Assembly: GCF_009914755.1 (NCBI RefSeq)
Contig: NC_060931.1
Direction: 5' to 3' (one strand)
Length of the DNA: 64,000 bases
DNA from: the human T2T-CHM13v2.0 reference genome, Homo sapiens
Shown piece by piece: positions 28,618 to 44,420 of this stretch; positions within the stretch are counted from its first letter, which is position 1; the number at the start of each line of letters is the position of its first letter. The position numbers and the translations under genes were made by a program. A model generated the notes under the pieces. It did not search any database. It was not told the DNA's origin and saw only the letters and a program-made list of their open reading frames with translations.

Positions 28618-30707
28618 ACTCATGGAAAGGCAACCATTCATGTTTGGCACAGTGTTCTTTCCAATGAGCCAGGCTATATGCATCCAATTCTCAAATACTT
28701 ATTTCTGGAAATGAGAATTTGTTCGGTATATAAGAAATTCCTTTTTCACAGGCAGAAACAGGGCAACACTTCAGTCTCCAACTGGAGACACACATTAAGC
28801 GAGGACAGTGTCATTGGCTCAAGTGTCTTTTATGCTGTCTCCCTTTTATTCGCTCACTCTCTCTATAATTATCTCTTTTAAAATGTCAGTTGCTCTCACC
28901 CAGAAGACCAAGAGCAATCAGCCACAAACTGAACTTAGAAGCTTTTAAAACACACTGGCTGTCTGACTGGGGGATGGGATTTCTCAAAGGCTTCCCGCAG
29001 CAATGTCAGGGAAGCTGACATTGAGTGGCTGAGAAAAAAGAGCCCTTTCCTTGGCTCTCACAGTGGGTCTTTCAGATCCTTCCTGAGGAAGCAACGGAAG
29101 GGGTGTGGAATGTGCTGACTTCATAAATATTTCTCCAGCAGAGCCTGAATGGAGGCTGTTTGGGAAGAAAGTTGCTCGTGGGGTCCTTTGGCCTTGAGTC
29201 CCTCTTACTGTATCCCATTAGGGTGAGAGGCTCTGAGCTACGGCATCGTCCTGGCAACTTTCTTCCCTTCTCCAGAATAAAATATTGATGTTAAGGTGAC
29301 GGTGAAGAAATAGGGGATCTATTGGGACAAGCAAAAAGTATAGATATTTTCTAGCGACTTCTGGCACTCAGAGTTTTTCCAAGTAGTGACAGTTTGAAGA
29401 CCTGGACACGAATTCATCATAGCAGTAGGAGAATCACAGAGGAAATTAGAACAGCATTTATCCCTACGAGTCAAACCTTAGGGTTAAACTCAATTTATCC
29501 CTAAATTCTATTTCCTTGATGGCAGTTGATGCCTTTAAAATGAAACAATCTTTCCTACTTAGCCCAGGAACCCTCGTTCTCTTGCTGTTCTGACAACTTA
29601 CATTTAAAAAATGCTCCTGCTAAAATACAGTGTTATGAGAACAGAACAGATTTAATCTGAAACCAAGGCTACTTTTTCCTCATCTGCTGTATCAGAACTA
29701 CAGAGAAAGATCACACAGCCTGTGGGTCATATTATCATCTTCCTGCATTCTGATCATACTTCCATGGAAACCTTGATGGAGGTCACTGGCCTGCAAGTTC
29801 AATCCAGTCCCAATGACCCCTGGAGGCAGGGGCTTCTAATTTAGATGAGATATTTTTCTGAAGTGTGTGTCCAATGACCACAGGTGTTGAAATGAAAGTT
29901 CTCTCGCTAACGACATGAAGGATCAAAATTCCTTGGTACAATTAGGTTGATTAAATTGAGCTCTGTGTCTAATATCCCTGTAGCTCAATAAAGTTAATGC
30001 AGCTTTCCAAGGGGCCCAACACAGAGGCAGGGAACAGTCTAGGTCCTGAGAGAATCTGGCCCACCATGGTTTCTAAATTAGAAGTTTGATTGCTTGTGAC
30101 ATCGTCTTAAAATGGTACCAGCCAAAAGAAGCTGAATTTTCCATTAGCCCAGGAAAAAAAAATGACAGATATTTAATTAAACTGCTTAGAGATTAGGTGG
30201 AAAGCTTATTGATGGACAGAGGGGCTGAATATCTTTATAAGCAAAGTTAGGCACTGGTGTGCCACATCTTTAATGTTGAGAAGAATTCACCCAGCCTAAG
30301 GGAGCTGAAGACGTGTGTGCTGCTTCAGCCTGAGGCTGCCTCTCCTGTCAATCACAAGAAAAAATATACATTTAAAAAGCTTGTTTATAAAGCACTAGGT
30401 GGTCACTGAGGAACTTAACATAAAATATAAAATGTGAAATTAGAAAGCTACTTATAGCTAAAGTTAATAAAGCAACCACCCAATCCATTTGCCAATTGTT
30501 GAGAGGTGACTAATTGCAGAGGAAGGTTGATTTGGAGGTGATCTCTAAAAAAAAGAATTTGTGGTCAGTGCTAGAGGGTAGGTTATGAGAAGGAGCCTAC
30601 AACCCAGATGGGGAATAACCAAGGTTTGCAACAGACGATGTACGACAGGGATTATTCTCCAGAAATGTTGTGCTACCTTTCAGGTAGGCACAGGTGGTCA
30701 TAAAATG

Positions 30708-30832
30708 TAGGTCACCCTCATTACACCAACAATAGGTCACCCTCATTACACCAACAATAGGTTACCCTCATTACACCAACAATAGGTCACCGTCATTACA
30801 CCAACAATAGGTTACCCTCATTACACCAACAA
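30708..30832. repeat. Minisatellite, 5 x 25 bp (taggtYaccStcattacaccaacaa)
   Basis: Units start at 30708, 30733, 30758, 30783 and 30808, each with at most one mismatch. Confidence 0.97.
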
Positions 30833-30900
30833 TTCAAGGGTCCCCAACTTTCAAAAGAGTATAAAGATCAATGAAATCAAGTTTCATAAATTCCCCCAAA

Positions 30901-31040
30901 GCAGTAGCTCTCAACTCTAGCTATGTGTTAACATTTCCTGGGGAGTTTTTTTAAAATACCAGTGCCAACTCTTGACCAACTGAGTCCAAATCTCTGGACA
31001 CAGGTGTTTCAAGAGATCTCCAGGTGACTATGAATCACTT
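30901..31040. mobile_element. MER5-like fragment
   Basis: cagtagctctcaactctagc...cctggggagttttttaaaatacc...ctccaggtgact. Confidence 0.55.
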
Positions 31041-31381
31041 CCCAAGGAGCTACTTACTGAAAAGGTAAATTGTATGTGGAATTAGAAGATATCAGGCTCT
31101 GAAATCTGACAAACCTTGGTTCAGTTCGTGACTCCACTAACTTACTGAATCTAAGACACTCAACATGCGCTAACTTCTCCAGACTTCAGTCTCCTTATCT
31201 GGAGAGGGTCAATGATGGTCACATCTTGGAAGGCTTCTAAAATTAAATAAGGAAATAAATATATACCTGACACATAGACCCCCCAAAACACCCTTGGTTA
31301 TTAATGGTTAATGATTGACATTTTATCCTTCTTCCATTGATTTTGCCATCGACCTTTGTAGGACGTGACAGGCTTAGATGA

Positions 31382-31702
<321 letters not shown>

Positions 31703-32044
31703 TAATGGAAAGGTAACCATGGCTTCCCTCTGTTGATTTTTAAGAGCCTGCACAATACAAAAAAAAAAAAAAATCAGCCTATGCAAGGTTTGATATAGAG
31801 ATCCTTCCAAAAGTAAAGGTGTTGGCCTCTTGTAGTCTCCTTCAAGACAGAATGGAATAAGGAAGAAGTTTCAGGAGACCTAGATCTCGTTCCACTTCCA
31901 CTCTTGGGAGCTCACTGTCCTCAGCTATAAAATCAGAGTGCAGGCTGAGACATCTCTCAGGTCTCTCTAATATCTGCAATTTTAGGTTTATGGTTTTAGA
32001 AGTGTATAAAGTTATTTGATCATTTGGGGCACTTGTAACTGTGT

Positions 32045-32101
32045 GGAAGGAAAGGAAGGAAGGAAGGAAGGAAGGGAGAGAGGGAGGGAGGGAGGGAGGA
32101 A
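32045..32101 (+). repeat. Short (GGAA)n/(GGGA)n tract
   Basis: Read directly from the sequence. Confidence 0.9.
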
Positions 32102-33533
32102 ATGGGCTAAGTTCAGATTTTTTTGAAATGATAAATATAAAGCCATTCCTTTCTTGCCTATTCTCAAGGTTCTAGGCAGAGAAAGATTTAGACTTTTCCT
32201 GACATAGGAAAAAAGATCAGTACAAAAAAGAAATTTAAACAGATCAAAAAGTTAAACTACCTATGCAAGAAGTGGATCCAGACACCCAGTCTAATCTTTT
32301 TCACCTGTCTTTCTGCTACTGACATATTTCAGATGAACCTAAAATTACTTCAAATTCATACCTGCTTCCCATGGCTAGTTGAATTTTAAATTTTGTTTTT
32401 GAGAATATTCATATGTTAGGAAATTAGCAACTTTTCCTCTGTTGAATGAAATAAAGAAGTGAGTTTGAAGGACTTTGTGGATGCATCATCTTAGACCCCT
32501 CTCTAGGGGGTCAATTGATCAGTGCAGTCAACTGTGGAAGTCTCAGACAAAGCAAGATAAGAATGTGACTTGGTTGCTGTTCATATTCATAACACCTGCC
32601 ACTTGGGCTCCACCCTACGTTACAGCCTCACTGAGAGCCAGTTAATTTTAACAAGGGGCAGAGTCCCCACAGTGTCTTTCATAGTTGTGTTGGGAAGCTT
32701 GAAGAGCGGTAGAATGTCATTAAAGGAAAGGTAAAATTAGATCTCCATTCATTTTGTGTGATGTCGGCCAACTACAAAACAAAGGTGTGGGTCAATGAGC
32801 TTTGAAAGTGAGACTGACTTTTAACAACCACATCAGCTGGGGCTATAAAAGAGTTATAGATTTAGAAATAAAGTATTTCCTAATTACAACTGGAAATCAG
32901 CCCTTTCCAAATCCTTCCCTCAAGTTATAGATCACAAAATTACACATTATTTTTTAATTAGCTAAATATCAGGTCCATTGATCCCTGCTGAGCACAGTGA
33001 AGAAATTTCACTTCATCAACATGTGTGGCCCAGATTAGCTAGGACAAGTTTCTTCCTAAATACTGTTAATTCTGAACATGCTGGGTAGATTCTATCTGGT
33101 TTTCATCATAACAGGTGACCCTACTTGACTCAACTTCTCGTTTTTTTGACCCTGCCCCTGGATATAGAAGTCCAACTTTAGTTTTGTTCCTTTCTGTTGG
33201 CTAACTGTGGCTGTGTGTAAGAATTTTGAAGACCTAGTAAGGTTGTAAAATGAAGAGATGGAAGAGTATTTATTATGGTCTTGGAAGGAACATCAATTCA
33301 CTTAAAGAAGGTGACCCAATAATAACTTAAGAAAAGAGCAAGGGCCTGAGATCAGAATTCTACAGAACCATGGAATATAAGGGATAAACAGAAAAAGAAT
33401 ATCTCAGGAAGAATGAAGAGGAATAGAAATAAGGAAAATTAGGAGAGAGTAATGTCACAAGAGGAGGAGGATTTGATTAAAAAGGTAATGGCAAATAATA
33501 TCAAGCACCATGAGTAAAATAAGGCTAGAAATG

Positions 33534-33839
33534 TGCGTGTGTGTGTGTTTTGAGATGGAGTCTCATCCTGTGGCCAGGCTGGAGTGCAATGGTGTGTTCT
33601 CAACTCACGACTCACTGCAACCTCCACCTCCTGGGTTCAGGTGATTCTCCTGCCTCAGCCTCCTGAGCAGCTGGGACTACAGGTGCATGCCAGTATGCCC
33701 AGCAAATTTTTGTATTTTTAGTAGAGAAGGGGTTTCACCATGTTGGCCAGGCTGGTCTCAAACTCCTGACCTCAGGTGATCCACCCACCTCAGCCTCCCA
33801 AAATGCTGGGATTACAGGCATGAGCCACCACTCCTGGCC
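33534..33839 (-). mobile_element. AluSx-like with (CA)n tail
   Basis: Antisense Alu. Confidence 0.93.
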
Positions 33840-33907
33840 TGTGTTGTTTTAATTTAGCAATTGTAAAACCATTGATGACCGCAGAAACAGAAATTTCAGA
33901 ACAGGAG

Positions 33908-33931
33908 GCTGACGTGATGAGTCAGCAATTT
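33908..33931 (+). promoter_or_regulatory. Candidate composite bZIP element (CRE-like plus AP-1/MARE/ARE)
   Basis: gcTGACGTgATGAGTCAGCAATTT. Confidence 0.45.
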
Positions 33932-34090
33932 CTTTTGACTAGAAAATAGTCTCTAGTCCCAGTTTCTAATTCCTGTCACCTTAAAGGGAGGCACAAGGCA
34001 CATCTCTCAGATATGAGCTACTTTAGCCAATTTGTGAAATATTGTTCGGCAATAGAAGTCTACCTCAGGTGAAGTGAGAGGGGTTGTTAC

Positions 34091-34119
<29 letters not shown>

Positions 34120-34121
<2 letters not shown>

Positions 34122-34255
34122 ACGGCCACGGTGGCTCACGCCTATAATCCCAGCAATTTGGGAGGCCGAGGCAGGCGGATCATGAGTTCAGGAGTTCAAG
34201 ACCATCCTGGCCAACATAGTGAAACCCTGTCTCTATTTAAAAATACAAAAATTAG
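34120..34255 (+). mobile_element. Alu left arm only, preceded by A29
   Basis: Ends at the linker aaaaatacaaaaattag and runs directly into an AluY. Confidence 0.88.
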
Positions 34256-34548
<293 letters not shown>

Positions 34549-34724
34549 CAAGACTCTAAAACTAACACCTAGTTCAACAGCTATGAATTTCTGGAGCCAC
34601 TTATCTCCAAACTATTCAGTTAGAATTTAGGGACTTAGGTGTTAGTCTCAGTTCACCTCTAATATAAAAGCATTTTCTTGACCAACTATTACCATCTTCC
34701 CTCTCTGAGTATCTTCTATTTCTA

Positions 34725-35051
<327 letters not shown>

Positions 35052-35269
35052 TGAACAATACCAGGGTTGCCAAGTGGTCAGTCTTCTCACAATGGTGTGT
35101 GGTTAACAATATGGTCTTTGACTACCACCTCTGCCTCTTGCCAATTGAGAAACCACTGACAAATTGCTTAATATTTCTGTGTTAATTAGGAATACAGCTC
35201 CTACACCACAGTATTAAATGAGATATTCCATGCTAAGCACTCAGGAGAGTGCCTCGCCTAGGGCCCATA

Positions 35270-35584
<315 letters not shown>

Positions 35585-36091
35585 GGTCCATTCTCATTAA
35601 ATGTGAGTTTCTTTTTCCTTTACTATCCTTTACCTTTTATTCCCTTTATTTTCTTCTTCCTCCATGTAATAGTTACCCTTCTCTTAAAGAAGCCTCTTTC
35701 AATGGGCTCATTACTTCTTTCTTGAAATATTGACTTGAAATGTGATCACTTCCACTCACCAACCCTACAGGAAAGCTCACATGCAGAGATGTCCCTCAAT
35801 ATTCAGAATTATTCTGCTAGTCCTCAGCTTACCTGCAGAGGCCACAGAGCAGCAAACTAAGGCCCAAGGATTTTTTCACAGTCAGCCAAGAAATCAGAAG
35901 TTCATCTGAAAACATCACACCAGCATCCCTGCAACAGCTAAGATATGTGACAGAATGGCCCAAGAGCTCCACCTAGGTTCCGGAAGGAAGGGCTTTCATA
36001 CAAATTAAAGCTGAAACAGACTGCAAATAGTTCTTGGCTTTGCACACAGAGCTCTACAGAAGGCCACCTTCCACCCACTAACCTGTGTTAA

Positions 36092-37188
<1,097 letters not shown>

Positions 37189-38643
37189 TTAGCGAGGCCA
37201 GGCTCACATGTCCTTTTGCAAAGTAACCGAAAAAAAAAAAAACAGAGAAGACACAGTTCACCTCACTGCACATCTAAAATATAATTAGAAGCTGTCATCC
37301 CAAAAGGGTTAACACAGGTCTTTTGGAAGTTGTAAGAATCCAGAGATTATTCTGGTTTAATCAAAAAGTAACAAATACATTTAAAAACTAAGAGACACAG
37401 AAAGAAAAAAAGCACTTGCTGGTATTTGTCTGAAAAGTGCAGGAAACTTTTCCCATTTTTTGATCCAAAATGAGTGTCCAGCATATGACGAGCTCCCTGG
37501 ATGGCCCAGCAGAAGCACTTAAGCCACATGTTGATCTGAAGCCTCAGCCAGCCCAGGTGTTCGGACCTGGGCTGTCCGTGGGCCAGATTTTTCTTAGGCG
37601 GTGGAGAAAGCAAACAAGCTCATGGTCATTGTCTAAGCATGAACAATGCCAGGCTGGATTGAGCAAAGCCAGCTTTGGCAGAGACATACAAGGAGTTTGG
37701 AGCCCTGACAGCTGATAGCAGCGGCAGGAGTGGGAGAAGGCAAGATATCTGCTGGGCCCCCAGCCTGGGAGGCTGGCTGCCAGCCCAGGGCATGGCCAGG
37801 AGCTGGCAAGCAAACACCACTGCGGGGAGCCAAGCAGGCTGTTCAGGTCAGGGAGCTAGGACAGGGTTAGCATGCAGCAAGCTAGACACTAGCCAGAGCA
37901 TGCAACTGCTCTTGGCAGTCATTAAGGGAGGAGATCAGAGTTACAAGATCTGGAGGCCATTTCAGACAGCTTCAGGAAGAAGTCAAGCTCCTAAGTGGCT
38001 CCTTGACAGAGGCTAGGTCATCTTAACTCATGACAAATGTCCGTGCTCAATTTACTTGGCTCTGGCCTCTTCTGATATCTCTCTAGAGGTTAAAGGGAAC
38101 CATCTCTTTTGTGCAGTCCAAAAAGGAGTTGAAAAATCACCCTCAGTGCTTCAAGCTCTTTTGCGTTGGGCAGAAAGCCTGACTGAGACTCAGTGGAAGG
38201 CACGCTGTCTTCAGGAGGACTCAGAGACTACCTGAGAGTGGGGAAGCCCGCAGCCTCTTCTTCCTCTGACAGTTTGTCTATCAGGAGACTTTTTTCTCCT
38301 GGGTGGCAACCTGAGTTTATGGAAGAGTTGAGGTTTATTAAATGGACGTATAAGCAACTACAGACTGAAATGTTATAACCATTCTCTGAGTCCAACCTCC
38401 CCAAATTCTAAAATACAGCTTGTTTGGTCAGCTGCTTCTCATACTCTCTGTATTCCAAAATTGCAAATGGATCATTCCAGTGCCATCTGAAATGCAGTAT
38501 CATTGAGAGACCAAAGAGAAAATCGCATTTGTGTGTGAAGGAGAAAAATAGAATTCTAATAATGAAATTCACCCAAATCTATGTATGAATAAAATGGCTG
38601 TTTCTCATATCTAAGAAATTGATAATAAAAGATGTACAACTCA

Positions 38644-39083
<440 letters not shown>

Positions 39084-39253
39084 TCAATGAGTCCACACGA
39101 GTCTATAACATAGATAACATTGCTAATTCTTGTTTTATTCTCACATTAAAGATTAGTTGACTTACCGAAGGTCGTGCATTTAGGAAGAGACAGAGATGGG
39201 ATTTGGTTCCAGACAGTCTGACTCCAAAGACTCAGCGCTTTAATCATTCCTCT

Positions 39254-39821
39254 TGTCAAAGCAAAAATTGCACTGGGCAAAGTTGAACAGGCAAGGAAGA
39301 TCTTCATTCAGGGCTGTTGCGACAGGGTAGAGAAGCCAGAATGCAGTCGAGCTCGCCTCCACTTCAGCTAAGGGCAGGAGAATTTTGTTTCTTTATTTTG
39401 ATTTTTTGGTTTTTTTTATTTCACTAAAATACAATGGGAAAGTTTTTACAAGCTGGGATAGGAGGGATCATAGGGTGTCTGTGTTTGCTGATTGGCTCTA
39501 CCCAAAGGAAAAGTAAACTTTCACAACTTGGAGTTAGGCTCCCACCCTCCCGTGGAGGGGAGACAGGGTGCTATTTTCCTTGACAATTACCATTTCAAAG
39601 AGATGACTCCCAAGTTTTTGAAAAAGCCATTCCTGGGTTGTAAAACTGGCAAACAGCTTTTTAAAAAATTTATATCTCAAAAGGGCAGAGAAAGAATTAA
39701 CAATAACAAATTTTCTAAAGTAAGTGCTCTTAAAAAGTGAGGTCAGGGGTCTAGGGTGGAATGGAGGGGTCCTATGTAAAGTTTAGTCAAGCTGAAGGCA
39801 AAGTTCAGGCCCTCTTGGTCA
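39254..39821 (-). mobile_element. ERV1 solo LTR, MER67/MER31-group
   Basis: Minus strand starts tgaccaagagggcctgaac...cagcttgactaaacttta and ends ...cagtgcaatttttgctttgaca. Confidence 0.7.
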
Positions 39822-40419
39822 GTCTATACCAGCGTCCCCTGACTGAGATGACCCTGTGGCCCAGAGGGTATGTGGAAAGGTGCGGTGACACTGGGTGCTC
39901 CCACAGCTTCCCACAACGTGCAGGAGAATCCATCCCAAGGAAGATTTGCAGGCCCCACGTGCAATACCGGCCCCTTGTGGAGCACTCTCCCAGTTATGGA
40001 GTCTATGGGAGAGACTGAAGTTGACAGGCAGTGGTGAGGCTGGACATCAGGCAGCCCTGGCTGGTATTATGCAGATTATAAAGTCGCCATGGCAAAGATC
40101 TAGGCCTGCAGAGGGCCACTGTCAAACGCAAAGGGTTTGGTTTAACGAGAAGTTAATGCAAAAGCACTCTTCTCAGGGAATGAGACTTCTTACTTGACAG
40201 TCTCTATGACATGGAAATAATGTTTTGTTTTTGTTTTGTTTTGTTTTGAGTTCCTTTGGTAAAGCTTTTATAAAGTCGTCAAAGTCAGCATGGATCTCTA
40301 AGTCTCAGACACATTCTTCGGGGCTTTGCAGACTCTCTCAGCAGCATGTCTCCTGCGCTCTTTCCTGAAATACTTTCTTCCCACAGATTCCACAGCCGTG
40401 TGCTGTCCTGCTTATTTTT

Positions 40420-40915
40420 CCTACCAAGCTGGCCATCACTTAGTCTCTCCTGCATTCCCTCCTTCCTCCGCTTGACCACTAAGCATTGCAGTGTCACAGA
40501 GCCTTCCTGTCTTCTCATCCGAATATTGTCTTGGATGATCTCATTCAGCCCACCATCCAATGGCTTCTGATAATAATTTGTGCCAATGTCTCTCAAATTT
40601 AAATCTCCAGGCCTCTCTTCTCTCAGGAACTCTAGATCCACTTATCCTACTTTCTACTTTGTGTTTCAACTTAGATATTAAATGGGCATCTTAGAATAAA
40701 CATGATGGGAAACAACTCTTGATGCCTCCTGGAAATTTGTTCCTCCAAAAGCCCTCCCCATCTCAGTAGGTGGCATCACCATCTAATCCACCCATCCACC
40801 CTAAATTTGGAGTTACCCTTGATTTCCTTCTTCCCTTTCTTTCTTCTCTTTCCCTCATCACTTCCTATCCAATAGTAAGCCCTGTGAGTCTACCTCCAGA
40901 CTGTCCCTCAAATGC
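40420..40915. mobile_element. L2 fragment
   Basis: tctcaaatttaaatctccaggcc...tctagatccacttatcctac...ccccatctcagtaggtggcatcaccatc. Confidence 0.6.
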
Positions 40916-40918
40916 AGC

Positions 40919-41212
40919 TGAGGCAGGAGAATAGGGTCTGGAGGCAGGGAAGATAGGCAGATTCATGCTGACTTCTTGGAACTAAATCAAATGGGAACGC
41001 TTCAGCAATGACAGGAAGGTGAACGGCTGTGTAGCTTCACTTCATCCTCTCCATTTACTTATGCCACACACTGAGTAACATCCTTGCCATTTACATAGGG
41101 TGCATACTGAGTAAATGACTTTGTCACTTGACTTCGTCTTCTTCATTTACATAGGGCATATACCAAGTAACCAATGGGAAACCTCTAGAGGGTGTTGAAA
41201 CCCCAGAAAATT
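40919..41212 (+). mobile_element. MER61/MER51-group ERV1 LTR, 5' part only
   Basis: tgaggcaggagaatagggtctggaggcaggga...agtaaatgactttgt...catttacatagggc...aagtaaccaatgggaaacctctagaggg. Confidence 0.75.
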
Positions 41213-42179
41213 ATTATTATTCAGAAATAAATGAATACGTTTATTTATGTGTCCTCCCCCTAGAACGTAAGCTACATACAGCATAGACGGAGGATAGGGT
41301 CCAATAACAACTGGTCAATGGTTACCCAATAAATATTTGCTGAGCAAACATCTGGATGAATAAATAAGTGATTGTGATTTTTCTGGGTTAATATCCATAT
41401 TCAAAATTAGATCATCTCCTTTCCAAAGCAAGAAGGGTTTTTCCTTATAAACTTTCTCCAGAATTCTTTTCTCAAAATGTGATGATATTTACCATCTTGG
41501 GAAATATCTTTTTACTGGGAACCACAGACTGAAATCAAGCATGACAGAAGCAGAAGCAGCAAAAAAAAAAAAAAAGTCACAGAGAAAGTCAGCATATTAT
41601 GGAAGACAGCATTTCAAATCAGTCTAGAGCCTGAGCATAGTTTTCAGTCTTCCTGATATCAAATTGGGGTCTTGCCTGTTTGGCGGTAGCTGTGATGCTG
41701 GCTGCAATCCTAATGCAGAGTTTCTACCCCAACCTTTGTAACTAGTTCTTGGTTCTCTCTGGGATAGAAATAGGGAGTGATGTCGTAATTAGAAACCATT
41801 GCCATACATTAAAGAGTAAATTAATTTGCTGGACAAAATCTAGCAAAAAAAATTACTACATTGAAATCAATCGACCATATGCAAAGCAAAAATGCAAATA
41901 AAATATAGAAGCTCCTCCAAGAAATGCCTTCTCCTTCACAGTTGTTCACTACAAGGGTTACCAGCCCTCTATTCTTTTCTGAACCTGCTGGGCCACCACG
42001 CTCAGTCGGCTGCTATCTTCTCAATAGAACCATCTCCACCTACGACCCCCACAAAGGGCAAAGGATAGCCCCTTCCCACTTACAGTTGCCATGTATGTTT
42101 TCTGCCCTTTGCCCTTTAGGGATCAAAACTAATTGACTTTTGCAATTCCAGCTACCTTTCAGTCAGAGCATTACCATAG

Positions 42180-42507
<328 letters not shown>

Positions 42508-43946
42508 ACAATTTTTGCTTTTTTTAAAATGTGCTCCCAAATAATCAAATCAACAGTGTACTTTTAATGTCTTTTGAGCTCCCAACTAACTAAAAGATAA
42601 TCTGTTAACTATATTATATGGGTAGAAACTTTACGGTGAACATTCTGAACCTAAGAAACTAAAGGTTCACCTTCTCATGTGTCACAAGACCAAATGCTTC
42701 AGGAACTCTGGTCTTTCTTCCAACATCCTCATGGCAATTGGAATGGTCTGATGCAGAGAAGACATTTTAATGTAACGGTACCACTTTTGCAATCAATATG
42801 GAAAAATGTTTTTCAACAAATAAATAATTTCTTATACAGATTTTTTATCTTTCCGATAAGGACTGAACTAAACTTCATGATAATAAATGGCAACTGTCCC
42901 ACAGAAAAAGATTGTAATAAAATAAATTAGTATCAATGACACAAATATTGAAGAAGGGATAGATCCTCGCAGCCCCATAGTTCCTCCCACAGTACACTAT
43001 GAGCGTGAGAAAAAAGAGGCCCACTTTTAGTATTCCGCATTCAGATAAACAGGGTCGTTTCCCATCAGACGCTTCCCTCTCATGTTTTTATCTCACAGTT
43101 TGGTTTCTGCTCCTTCGTGTTTTCAAGGCCCCCTGATGTGCAGGATATTGCGTGGGTCTCTCTTCCTTTCATGGTCCTATTGTCACATCCTGACAATGTT
43201 CCTCTTTCATTTTAATTTCATTTTATTACGTTTTTTCTTCACCATTGCCAGCTTCACCCTCTCGCCATCGCCGACACCCACTGAAACGTATTTTATGGAT
43301 GGTCTTCTAGTCCCACCCTCTATATATTTGTTCAAAGTATACATATCATTGTGGAAATTCGTGTTGTCTCTTGTGTGCCATGCTTTATATGGGTGGCATT
43401 GTACTACAGATCCCATTCTGTTTCTTACTCTCTTCCCTCTGCCTTACATTGTTAAGATCTATTTGAGTAGTTCTCTGAATACTATGTGCATAGTGCTCCA
43501 TTATGTGTATTTACCACGCATCATTTATTCTATCCCCTAATGATGAATACCTAGGTTTTCTGCAACTCTGCCACCACGAATAACCCTCCAGGGAATATAT
43601 TTATGTGCATTCTCTGCCACCTGTGTGAGGACGTCTTGTGTGTGTGTGTGCCTCTGTGTGTCCCCAGAATTACTGAGTCATAGAGTATGTGTGTACCTAA
43701 TTTCACTAAGCACTGCTTGACCTATCAGTTTCTGAGTATAAATTTTAAACTTTATTTACTGAATTTCTATCAATAGTTCTATCAGTGGTAGCTTCGGGTA
43801 ATTGAAGTCTATTTTGCTAGTTAGATGTGTTCATGATCTTCTTGATTTATTGTTCCTTGTACCAGTATATAATTTCCATCTTTGTTCCTTATGACATTTT
43901 TTTTTAAATCTCACAGTTTTGTCTCTGCTCTTAAAACTACCACACT

Positions 43947-44243
43947 GCTGGGCGCGGTGGCTCACGCCTGTAATCCCAGCACTTTGGAAGGCTGAGGTAG
44001 GCAAATCTCTTGTGCCCAGGAGTTCAGGACCAGCCCGGGCAACATGGTGAAACCCCATCTCTACCAAAAAATACAAAAATTGGCTGGATGTGGTGGCACA
44101 CACCTGTAATATCAGCTACTTGGGAAGCTGAGGTGAGAGGATCGCCTGAGCCCAGGAGGTCTAGGCTGCAGTGAGCCGTAATTGTGTCACTGCATTCCAG
44201 CCTGGGTAACAGAGTAAGACCCTGTCTCAAAAGAAAGAGAAAA
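43947..44243 (+). mobile_element. AluJ-like
   Basis: Full dimer. Confidence 0.92.
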
Positions 44244-44252
44244 TGACTACAC

Positions 44253-44420
44253 TAGCCAGGCATAATGATGTGCGCCTATAGTCTCAGCTACCCTGGAGCT
44301 GAGGCAGAAGGATGGCTTGAACCCAGGAGGTCATAGCTGCAGTGAGCCGTGATCACACTACTGTACTACAGCCTGGGGACAGAGCGAGACCCTAACTCTA
44401 AAAAAAAAAAAAAGAAAAAA
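44253..44420 (+). mobile_element. Alu right monomer (FRAM-like)
   Basis: agccaggcataatgatgtgcgcctatagtctcagctac...gagcgagacc plus A tail; no left arm. Confidence 0.85.

Noticed and set aside
32511-32523. 13-mer tcaattgatcagt shared with ~56825, both downstream of exons
   Set aside because: Dozens of chance 13-mer matches are expected in 64 kb, and the distances to the exons differ.
41090-41170. p53 response element in the MER61-like LTR
   Set aside because: Candidate half-sites (gggtgcatac, gggcatatac) lack the CWWG core.
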